Shown here: positions 40,377 to 51,700 of the stretch, piece after piece
How the letters are laid out: every line of letters begins with the position of its first letter
How positions within the stretch are numbered: the stretch's first letter is position 1
NCBI GenBank assembly: GCA_040285855.1
Contig: JAUFOQ010000010.1
Coordinates: forward strand, 1-64,000
Reading direction: 5' to 3'
Source of the DNA: Eukaryota sp. GEM-RC1
Lineage: Eukaryota
DNA: 64,000 bases
Translations under genes and position numbers: made by a program
Notes under the pieces: generated by a model
What the model was told of the DNA's origin: nothing
Databases searched by the model: none
What the model saw: only the letters and a program-made list of their open reading frames with translations

Positions 40377-40989
40377 GTACTTTCTTTATAAAATCTTTTA
40401 TTCTCAGATTACAATTATTTTTGGATTGAGTCAAAAAAATGATCCAGATCAAGAGGTATACATAAATTAAATGAGAATAATATTTCAAATTAATTAGGAG
40501 CCGGGTAAATACACCACCCACAATTACTTCAATGTGGTCGACCAAGAACTTATCTCAGAGACACAGACTCTTTTCCCGTGATGGGTTAATAGTGTCCGAA
40601 AATAGAGCATCTCTCAAATATGACACAGTTCAAGTATTGGTTTTACTCGATTCATGAACAAAACCGGGATTTATGGCTGATGATAGATTTTTGTCCGAAG
40701 ATGGCAATTAATGTTACTTATTGACTAATATAACTGTGTAGAATTTTGTTATCCTTACTTCTAGTAAAACAAGTTTAAAGAACGTCATTTCTTTATGGAA
40801 CAAAACCGTAAGATAAGTGCAAAACAAAAACAGACTCAATGAAATGTATTAGATTAAAAAAGATCAATCCGATCGGATCTTTCGAATCGGATCAGATTTC
40901 AATCAGTCAGATTCGGATCGGATTCGAGATGAAAAATCAGATTCCAAGGTCTACTCCAGAAGCAATCAAACCAACAATTGCACCAAGGA

Positions 40990-41598
40990 TTAGACAATTG
41001 GCATGTTGTTAGTATGAACAGCTGGTTCAACAAACTTTATCACTCTGGGATCCTGAGTAGCATCATCATTGGGATGGAAAAACAAATCTTCATTCAAATA
41101 GCTCTCAGAAGTGAGTAGAGCATTTTCACCACCAAAGAACAACTTTACGGAAGTGATAAATCCAGTTACCGGACATCTCATGAACTGAACAAGCATCCTA
41201 CCATACGCTGAATCAGCATAGTAAACATTGCTATGAAAATGAGAGAGTTCTAAAGGCAGGATGTTATACTTCACTTCAGAATCAACAATAGAATCACTTA
41301 AATTCAAGACAAGAGAACCATAGAAAGGATGATGCCATGAGGTTTCACTAAAATCTGAAGGAAAGATTGATGATCGCAAACTGTCTTTCACAACAGGAAC
41401 ACCGTCAAACTTGGATGGAAGAGGTGAAAAATCGTCCTTGAACCGTGTTCCCATATCGTTTGTGAAGGAAAAAGCTGATAACGGGTCTATTTCGTCTGGT
41501 GGAGGAACACCTCCTGTCATGTACTGAAAGAGTCCCAAAAAGACAGTAATTAGAAGGTTGTCGTTACCTCCGTAAATGTTGTTGAACAAATCCGTCAA
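40990..41598 (-). CDS. Unknown protein fragment with a hydrophobic C-terminal segment just beyond the stop
   Basis: 202-aa open frame. Homologous tails at ~11612 and ~16577 read NMPIALILGAIVGLIASGV (TM-like). No family recognised; start uncertain. Confidence 0.45.
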   Translation of the reverse strand: MTDLFNNIYGGNDNLLITVFLGLFQYMTGGVPPPDEIDPLSAFSFTNDMGTRFKDDFSPLPSKFDGVPVVKDSLRSSIFPSDFSETSWHHPFYGSLVLNLSDSIVDSEVKYNILPLELSHFHSNVYYADSAYGRMLVQFMRCPVTGFITSVKLFFGGENALLTSESYLNEDLFFHPNDDATQDPRVIKFVEPAVHTNNMPIV

Positions 41599-42947
41599 TC
41601 ATTCTTCCTGCTAGACAAGTAGTAGAACGCAGAAGCCCAAGGTATTCCAATTCCAAAGAAGGTCATTGCGCTACCAAGTGTACGAGATGTGGTTATGCGA
41701 CACACAAGAGAAAGTACTTGTCACATGTACTTGAAAGAGAAAATAGCCTTTCAAATAGGTTTTGTTGGGATATCTATAAGTGAACTTCGAGTTGGTACAT
41801 GGTGTGTGAGAAGAAAATTTGTCTGGTTATCTTCTACATACCACATAGTCGTGGTGAATCACACTGGTGATATAAACTTCTTCATCAACATACTCTTTAA
41901 ATGCCAAAGAGACGTTGCTGCGACATCAGCAACCTTTCTAATGAATTAAGAAAACCGCTTGACTCCATTAATGAAACCTTCCAAGAATGCATATCATATT
42001 GATGCAGAACCAGGATACAGCCTCTGTAAGAGAAAAATCAATGCAAGAGATTCGTATATCCATTGCAATCGTGGGTCTAAGGAACATCCCGTAATACCAG
42101 GGCTTTCCAACTCTCATGCTCATTCCGAATATATCGCGCCTTGACATCGATGTACATCTTAGATGGCGTCGGTGTTTACTTAGACCCTCCTCAGTTTGCC
42201 CTTGACATACAATGTAGAGACCACAATCAAACTGGTTCCTCCAACAATAACATCTTCTCTGCCCATAGATGGAAGTCTTTTTCCTCTGAAATAAATCTTA
42301 CAGTATACAAAACCTTTGGTATGTTGTAGTGTGAGGTTTACTCGTGATATTCTCTTTCAAGAAGGAATCTAACATTGAATGATCTTTATAATGTAAATAG
42401 ACGAACTTGAGGATATCATAGAAGAGTGTACGGTATACCTTGTACTCACGAGCTACTACAGGTGCGGAGATGACTTAGTCTGGAAGAATATCAATGTGCA
42501 GAGGTTGCTATGAAAACGATTCTGAAGATGAAGAAGATCTAATTGATATTTTATATCGTAACTGGGAGTTGTGTTGTATACAAGTGTAGCAGATGCGAGC
42601 AAGAAAAGATCTGGAACAAGCACCGCAAGTCATGAATAAATCCCTTGTGCCTCCATCTGATGATCATGCAAATACTGACATGCAAGAGCCCATCCGGATA
42701 AATACTACTGAACAATAGGATCCGATTCCGAAGAAGAAAGCTGTCAGTAAGAACTGTAATGCAATAGGTTATTATCAAAAGACATGCAATCAACCGTGTT
42801 GTGGTGAAATTGACCTAAGTGTAAAGAATGTATGGTACAAGTTGTAGCATGAGAAGATAACAAATTTTGTGACTACATCAATGGATTCTCCGTCATCAGA
42901 CCGTAGCCTCCGACACAGTTAAATTCGGATACCACAACAATTCCCTT

Positions 42948-45602
42948 ATGGGCCAAGATTCTCTACCTTCTGGAGTCTTCCGCAAAAGCTGTGAATGCTC
43001 GGTCCCAATTAAACTCGACTCTTCTTCCGAAGCCAGTTCTGTGGTCTTTACCGTTACAGTTCTTGTCGCCCCACCAGGACAACCACAAGCTCTACGTATT
43101 GAACTCGAATCCAAGAGTCATTCATATCATCTCACAATGAATGATGTGAACATTCGTGATCTTATAGACCGGTACAGTCTCGTAATTGACGTCAACGGTT
43201 TGTCACTCTTTCTATCTAATTTGTAGGGTTTCCCGAGTTGTTTATCGAGGTCCTCAATGAAATTAACCGGAAAAACGCTTCGTATGTTCCTCCATTGTTC
43301 TTACTTTAGCCTTTATGCCAAATTGGAAAGAAATGGTACGAACTCTGCTCGCCTTGATATAATGCAATATGGGCTTGGACGTCAAGTTGTACGACTCTTG
43401 TCATTGACCTTGCATACAGTCTCTGATTCCACCCTCCCCTTAATCCCATCTTCTTCCGAGTTTGAAGATCCTCTTCAGTCTTATCAGTTTCATCCTGTTG
43501 AGTCCATGGATAGACTAAACCAATCTATTAAGTCAGCGTTTGATATTGAGAATCTTCTGTCTTGCTTTCATTCCAATGTCCTTCCCGTAATTGGTAGTAC
43601 AGGATGCGGAAAGTCCCGCTTGGTTAGAGAGGTTTGTTCTAACTTAGGTAATGATCCTTTAGAAGAACACATCCACTACCGCACTCTATATTTGACTTTC
43701 CCTCGCCTTCATGGTTCAGTAGTTCAGAATAGCTGGCCAAAGACTCCTGCTTTCTTTTCTTCTTGGTTAAAGGAAATACTTAATGTACGATCCTCAGTGT
43801 TAGCTTCGGTCATGAAGTTGCAAGCTCTTCTTGTTTCCATGATGATGGAAAGTACACCTAATTTTAGAGCCAGCGAAGACAATTGGACTCAAATGTATGA
43901 CAATGTTAAGGGACGTGCAGAGCAGCTTTTATCAAAGCATCGTGATGAATCTCTTCAAGAATTCTCTGTGTCGTGCGTGAACAAACTTCTTGAATCTACC
44001 ACTGAAGCCGCAAACACTCGTTTTTGTTTGTTTCTTGATGAAGTAGGTACATTGGTAGACAATGAAAACTTTTCTGACATCTCTTTTGAAGATGATTCCG
44101 ACTGGAACTTATTCCGTTCTCTTCGACATGCCACGCGAAATATTGCTATTGCATATGGAAAAGTTTTGGTGGATCAGAAAGGTCTTCAAAAAGGGCCGTC
44201 TACTATCAATCTTCTAGTTGTAGTGACTGGTACTCATTGCAATCTAACAAACTTTTGTCACAATGATGTGAGAAGTGGGCAGTACCGGCCGAATATGTTA
44301 AAAGCTTACTTTTTAATGGAAGTTCTCAGTGGTAAGACCCTGTCTCCAGTACTTGTCCCTCCGCCTCAATTGGATCCACTAACCGTATTAGGTGTAGAGC
44401 TGAACTCTTTGATGTCTGTTCTTCTTCCTACCAAGATAGCTGTTTCATTGAGGCCTATTTGGATAGCATATTACCAGAATACTCCGACACCAGAAGCTTT
44501 TGTTGGTAAAGTTCGTTCTAAGGTACTAAATGCTTTGCAGTATTCTGCATCAAAATTGAGCAAAATGACTTCGATTAAGTCCTTCGGGATCATTATCCCT
44601 GCTCTGCTTCTGACCTGCTGTCTGAATGCGACAATTCCCCATCACATTCTCTCTACTTTAGTTGAAAGTTCTTTTGCATCTGTTTCTGCTTGTGCTTATT
44701 CTTCCGATGAAGTCTTTTTATCTGTCCCCATGGTTGATCCTTTGATTGGAGCGTGTTCTTGGTCTTGTATCATTGAGGAAACCAGAACTCCTTCTTGCGG
44801 TTTTTTTGCTTCATTAAGAGAGTTGTTCTCCATTCTAATCTTTTCAGGTTGCAGTGCAAGCTCTGTGAGCTATATTGCCGAATCAATTTCTGCGTGCTTG
44901 CTGCTTTATCTCATTGCTTCTTCCAGAGAATCTTTCTATGTTGATGATATTCTTGAACCTGTTTCTTTGTCACAAGTTTTCAAAACTTCTGCTGTTCCAG
45001 AAGGTGCCATTGTAGATTGGTTTTTTGATAATCCAACAAAAGCAGTTGACGATCGTTTTAACCATTGGTTTGTCAATGCTAATCATGTAGTTCCAATGCC
45101 TTTTCGATTTCCTGACAACAGACTTTCTGAAGTGACTGATCTTATCGCTTTGCAGAAGTTAATTCTGGATGGTTTTGTTTTTCGTGTTATGTTTATTACT
45201 GCACCAAAGAATGCTGGATTTGATTTGCTGATTCCGTTGTTATCGAAGGAAGGTCGTGGTCTTAGTTATGACGTTTTGATGACTAAAATCAACGAACAAG
45301 AGAGTGTCTACTCCTATCTAGGAATTTTGAAAGTTTCTGTTAAGACTGGAACAACAGCAGGGATGATGACTTCATCATTCGTAGAAAGAACATCTTCCCC
45401 TGAAGCTTTGACCCATGTTAATTTAGGTGTTTCGTTCACCACTACGAGTGCTTTCAGGGAGTTTTCTGACAAATGTAGTCCTCATCAAAGTGATTTTACA
45501 TCTGGTTTGGTTATCAATCTGTCGAAATTAGTTCCACAACTGAAAGAATTCATTGACTCATTTGCCAATGAGAAGTTTGTTCTTCCCGAAGCTAAACTGT
45601 AA
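42948..45602 (+). CDS. CR (Crinkler/RHS-like) P-loop NTPase + restriction-endonuclease-fold protein, copy 6; uninterrupted, ~865 aa spliced
   Basis: Exons 42948-43197, 43227-43281 and 43310-45602 join in frame. Walker A VIGSTGCGKSRL, Walker B LFLDEVG, strand VVVTGT, C-terminal APKNAGFDLLIP..LKVSVKT. Confidence 0.82.
43198..43226 (+). other. 29-nt spliceosomal intron
   Basis: GTTTGT..TCTAATTTGTAG. Removal deletes the in-frame TAG. Length, GT and AG are kept in copies 1, 2 and 7 (CAG in copy 1). Confidence 0.82.
43282..43309 (+). other. 28-nt spliceosomal intron
   Basis: GTATGT..CTTACTTTAG. Removal puts exon 2 in frame with LYAKLER. Confidence 0.82.
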
Positions 45603-46536
45603 GTACTTTCTTTATAAAATCTTTTATTCTCAGATTACAAATATTTTTGGGTTGAGTCATAAAAATGATCCAGATCAAGAGGTATACATAAATTAAATGA
45701 GACTAATAATTCAAATTAATTAGCAGCCCTGTCTACATTAACATAACAGCGACGTTCTAATGATGTGGTCTATCAATGAGTTCCAAGAGCGTTGTTTTGT
45801 AGAGCGGCCAAATAAATAACGTGACGAGTCATAACGTGACGCAACTTTACGTCACGTCGACGTGTACTTAGTTCAAGTCACGTTACGTCAACTTACATTC
45901 TCTAAGTCGTGACTCGTCATGACGAGTCGAGACTTAGAGCAACGAGAAACACTGTAATGACGAGTCACGACTTGATTCTACTTTCTGTTGAACTGTGAGT
46001 AAGAATATTGGGTAATTGTAGTACTGACATTGATATCATATTACAATCAAACATTTCTTTACAAATTTAAAAGAACCAAATTTACGAATATGTATCTAAA
46101 TATCTAATTTGTACCATGACTGCAAACAGAGAAGTGTCTGAACGATATCATCATTCAAAGATGATCGTTTTGCAGTCACAACGAGTGATGTCCAAAAATA
46201 AACTGCAATAGATTTTCTGTCATTAATTGCTGAAAATAAATTATTGTGATATATCACTATTTATCAATGATAAATAATTGATAGGAAAAGATGTAAGAAC
46301 TTCATTTTAATTAAGTAAGCAGACACTCTAACCCAAAGACGAGTAGCTCTCACATTGTCGACATTCAAGTACTACTGTTCACGTTCAAAAGAGCTCACCA
46401 CCATGGGCAGAAAGATGGAGCTCGGATCTGCGATCAGTCAGCCGAAGTCAACTTTGCGAACGACCTACAACGAGGTTCGATGTAGTTGATATGAAAAAAG
46501 ATCGACACAATCAGATGATTGATCAATGAAAACTTA

Positions 46537-48775
46537 AGAAGAACATGTCATTATCCAAGTGTTGGAACAGTTCCACTCACATGAAGGACTTATGTGTTCT
46601 GTTCTGTGGTATGGCGGTGATATCACAACAGTTGCTTCTTCTAGCATTAAAAACATTAAAGCCTATGTCGAGTTTATGAAAAATAATAGTAATCCTCCAT
46701 CGAGTCCCAGAAAGAGAACCTCATCCAAAGCTAAGTCCAATAAAACTCCAATAACAAAGATAACTCGAAGAAGGAGAAGAAGTAGTGTAGATATATAATA
46801 GCTAATAGCAATCATAAACCATATTAATTTCACTCCATACTTCTGTATGTCAAACACTTCAGGATTGAAGAGACGAGGTTTCCGTTTTACGACAGTTGAT
46901 TCGTCATGGAAGGGGATTCTCATTAGTGGACAATCAATTCCATCAGGGTGTAGTGCTGATTGGAATATGATCCTGAACTCTTCTAGGAGGGATGACAGTT
47001 GTTGATTTAGAAGAGGATTGTCCAAAGTGATTGTGCAACCTGATTCAACTGGATTGAATGATGTAGAATGATCGGTGTCTCTGATTGATTCCACTGATGG
47101 AGGTGTGCTCATTAGGTGATCGAATTCTGATTCATCTTTCATGATGATGTTATGTTCTTTATCTAGTTTTATTACTAGACTGTCCTCTGTTAATAGCCCT
47201 AGTTTGTTTAGTAAATCGATCCCAATGAGCATTGTTTGGGTACCTGTAACAATTGGGAATGAGTGATCTACAAACACTAGGTTAGCTGCTATTCAGTGTG
47301 AACGCAAGAACACCTTTGGCTGTGCCTAAGGACGATGTACGGTTTCCATCTGCAGTGATGTATGATAAAGTATCATGTGAAATCTTCATCTTGCAGGATT
47401 CGGCTAAATCGGATGTGATGACTGAGATTTGTGCGCCTGAATCGATGGTTCCGGTTACTGGGACATCGTTAACCAACAAATTCAAATTTATGAATTTGTT
47501 GTGGGGATTGCTGTTTATACTCATGACCCAGGGTGTATCAATGATTAAATCTCTGATAGGGTTGTTGAGTGATTGTGGGGATGTAGAGGTGTCTATGAAA
47601 TAAAGATAGTTATCAGATTTATTACTACGTTTACCTACGTTGCCTAAACGGCGGGTCTTGCGGCTGTGGTCTGCATTACCAGTATACAGTGAGGAGGATT
47701 TGCATCCTGGCTTGGGACACATTTCTACAGCGTGGCCTGGTTCTTTGCAGTATTTGCATACGTTGGAATTGGGGGCGCTGGGAGTTGTAGGTTGGGACCT
47801 CTGGGCATGGGATTTGCCACTGGATTTCCGACCACGACGTTTTTTCTATTTGTGGGAGTGGTGAGCATCGTCGTCACTGTCTGACGCAAAACTTCTTGAA
47901 AAATTCAGAGCCTTCTGGAGGGGGGAATCGAGGGACGCTTGAGTGCCTAATGTCGGCAACTCCACTGTTGGTTAGGGGGAGGGGTGGAGATTCTTGTATC
48001 ATCCAAGATACGTTGGTCAGCTAAGGCAAGACTGGCTGAGTCTAAGTTTGGGTGTTGACTACACCAGTTGAGATAACGATCCTTTATGTTCTTGATGGTC
48101 TCGTTAGTGGTGTATTCAGCGAATTTTTTCTTGTCCTTAAAGAAATACTCAACGTCATGGTAGACGATGGGGATTTTAACGTTCCTTGCAAAATGCCTCA
48201 TCATTAGCCGAACGTCAAAGCTGTACAAATGATTTTCATCAATGAGGATTAGAGTGCAGGAGTTAGCAACTCTGGTGAAACGACGTAGATAATCCTCCCA
48301 CCGTTCCCCTATCGGACCTGAACCTTCTGTTCATTGACCAGTCCATGGTATAGTCGGCGATCACGGCTTCTTCTTGACGAGGATTTTCGGCCTGGGTGTC
48401 AATAATGATACGTTCCCAGATGTACCAATTATTTAAAAATGTGGGGATAGTCCCATCATTCTTCCAAAAGGTGAAAATCATTGGATCAACATGCAGCCGT
48501 AAGCCGCGGACATCCACATTCAAGAGGAGGTCTCTTGCGAGATCCAATCCATGGAGGGGCTCACAATGAGTTGGTTTGTTGATTGAGAGTTGATCCTCAA
48601 ACGGAGAAAGGAGTTCATCCATGGTTTTAGGATCAGCGATTGATCGCCAAGCTTGCACTTGGTTTTCTAAATCCAGGAGATGCTTAGCAGCATCAATACC
48701 ACGTCCTCTAGCTCTGGAGTATCTTCTCCATTCAAGTGCGAAGTTGTAGCATGAAAGGGGATCCGTTTTCTGGTG
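46537..48775 (-). mobile_element. Inverted duplicate of the broken gypsy family 2 block (27470-29712)
   Basis: ORFs 47282-47722 and 46663-47277 are identical to 28526-28966 and 28971-29585. Confidence 0.9.
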
Positions 48776-51700
48776 GTACACTTTCCTGAATTTGTTCCAT
48801 ATTTTGAAGCATTTTATGGAAGTCCTACTGATTTGGCTTTTAAGGAATTTTAACGAATTCGTCTCGTGGTGTGAAGCAAGATGATCCTCTTGGCCCTTTT
48901 CTTTTTGTTTGCCTTTGCAGAAAGTGTTACGAGTTTTCCATAGTGAGTTTCCAGGTATAATGATAAATTCGTATGCTGATGAAACTTCTTTGGTTGGCAA
49001 AATGCACATTTTGAAACCAAGCTTTGCACGATTCGTTGATCTTTCGTTTCAAATTAATTTGACGATCAATTTGGACAAGTTTGTTGTTATTGGTCGAGTG
49101 GATGACACTGTTTTGTATGAAGGTGTTGCTATTCCTTCTATTTAGTATTCATCTGATTGTATCGTATTGATTCCATCTTCTCTGTCCCTCCCCCGAAGTT
49201 GGGAATGTCTGTTTATCTTCTTGGTCAGGCTAATGGACCCCATAAGATTGATCAGACATCGATACAGTAATTGTTGCATGTTTTCGAGATGTTAAGTTAT
49301 TGAGGGTAGAATTTTCACCTACTATAGTTAACTATTTTTATCACCTTTTTATCGTTTTCCTTTGTTTTAATAATCTATATGTATTTGTTGTTTTCTTGTT
49401 GTGTGCTTTTCTCCGCACATAAATCCGCGTTCTTTAGAATTATTATTTGAAACAGAAACTAACAATCAAAGCTTAAGCTTTTTCCTCGTAGACACTATTC
49501 AGAGCTAAAAGAGCGTATGTCATCATAATATGAATTGATATAAAGTAAAAACAATGCGATTCAGCCAAATTGATTGATCAAAAATGAGTGAGAAAAGATC
49601 AGAATCAATTGCCATAGTGTGAAATTGATATATGACATAAATTACCGTTACTAGAGTGAGTTTTCAATGGCAATGAATGATGCTTTAATGGTATTGAGTT
49701 CTAGTTTTCTATCTCACTGTTTTTGTTCTATAAAAGTTTATCAAAAAGGGACATATTGCTGACTGACATGCTTTGTATAATTTGGAGCTGTCAATGTAAT
49801 ACCATAATTGTTTCTTTTTTCCATTTCTATCATTTCATTACTGAAAGACTTGTATTTGATTGATCAATTAGTTGCCAAATAATTGGTGCTGTTTGATGAC
49901 ATACCAATTAGTATTCTAGTTAATTCTGCTGGGTTAGTCCATAAAACAATTTTGCAATGTCATAACTCGATGGCGTATGGATCATGGCGTGGTGGCGCAT
50001 GACAAGTATTGAAGTTATGGACAACTAATGCATTTGTAGGATTGTAATTTTAAGTCAAATGGACTCTCTGATTTGAATCTCTCCTGACTCAGCTCAAGTC
50101 AGGCTTCGTTGACTCATGAGTCGAGCCAAGCTTGAAAATGGAGACTGAACTGGTCTCATTCTAACAATCTTAGATACAACCCTAGTTGAGGTATCTTCCT
50201 TCATACCATCATATCTCAAAGACTGCCTCGTTTATTAGGAAATACCATATCAACTAGTACTAGTGACGTGTCCATCTTCTACTGTTTCCCTCATCCTCAC
50301 ATTGAGATATCCGAGATATGTAAGCTCTTCATGTAGCATTGCATCTGCAAAGTCTTTCTTCAAACAAGAATCATCAAGACCTCCTTTTCAAGAAACCTCC
50401 TTTAGCACATCGCTCTCTGTTTAAAAAATGATTCAAAATTTCCTTCTACCGATCCCACTAGCTAAAGACACCAAGTTTAACGTCTCTACCCGTCTCCCAG
50501 TTAAACATTGTAACTGAAGATCTTTTGGGACCATGTTCCTTTACTGCTCCCTTTGGAGCACAGCTACAGTCTGTTGAAGAAAAGAATTGATAATAAGACA
50601 TCACAATGAGCTTTATAGCGTCAATGTTCGTGTTTATTTCCCCCGTAAAATCATTTCGCTAATAATTTTTGAAAATTATGGGGTTATAGAAAATGAAAAT
50701 TTTGCAATTAAGAAATCAAGTGATGGAAATTTCTTCCATCATAAATATACAATTAAATAGAAGATTACTGTGAGCAACAAAGAGAGTTCTCTCAGCATCT
50801 TGGCACGACTCTCCCCCCTCACCTGGGGTGAACCTGGGGTGAAGAGCACCAGTAGCGGAAGCTACTACCTATTCCCTCTATTGTACGAGAGAATAGGTAT
50901 GAGTGTAAACAAACTTTTGTGTGAAGTACAAAACATTTTGCTGAACACAAATACATATCAAACAACCAGTGTCATAATAAATGATAAAAATATACTTAAT
51001 AAGATACTACCATAAAGGTGACGTTTCATAGACGAAATCAAAAAGAGATCAATTCTTTTGATTGGTATATTTGGTAAAAGATGTCTAGCCGAAATGATGG
51101 TTTAAACATGGCTTGCAGATGAAGATTCAGGATCAGCTTCTTTAACAGTAAATTTCTTAACATTGTCCACGAAATAGTACAATAACGAGTATCGACCATT
51201 ATGCTCAAAACGAAAACATGCTATAAATGAGCAAAATCATCACCAGAAGAGAAGTCTGTAAAAGTCCAGTCTGAATCAATCCTGGCACCACTGTCTCTTC
51301 ATCAAATCAGTAGCACCATTACACGCAAAATAAAAGGAAGTTCCCATTGGGAAGGGATCACTCACGTGATAGCTGATAAGTGATCATTGAAACAAGTGCT
51401 GGACGACGTCATATACCAGAAAAATACTGTGGATATCGAGAAAGTGATTAAAAGAAGTATACAGTGTATACAAGTGTTTAGAGAATCGTGTAACTTTCTG
51501 TTTGACGATGTTGTCATCATGATAATTTTGATTGAAATAAAACCGATAAATGATAAGCAAGGAAACCTTTTAAAATCTCACATATTCAACGAAGAAAGCA
51601 AGACAAAGAAATGACAACGACAATCAGCATCAATAGGAGGAATGGGTATTGACGTATATGATTGACATGATCACGTAACAATGACTGTAGAGATACAAAT

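Noticed and set aside
45599..45633. GTAAGT..CTCAG across the CR stop codon as a possible 35-nt third intron
   Set aside because: The AG is absent in four of seven copies (CTCAA) and splicing would add only a few residues; unsupported without RNA.
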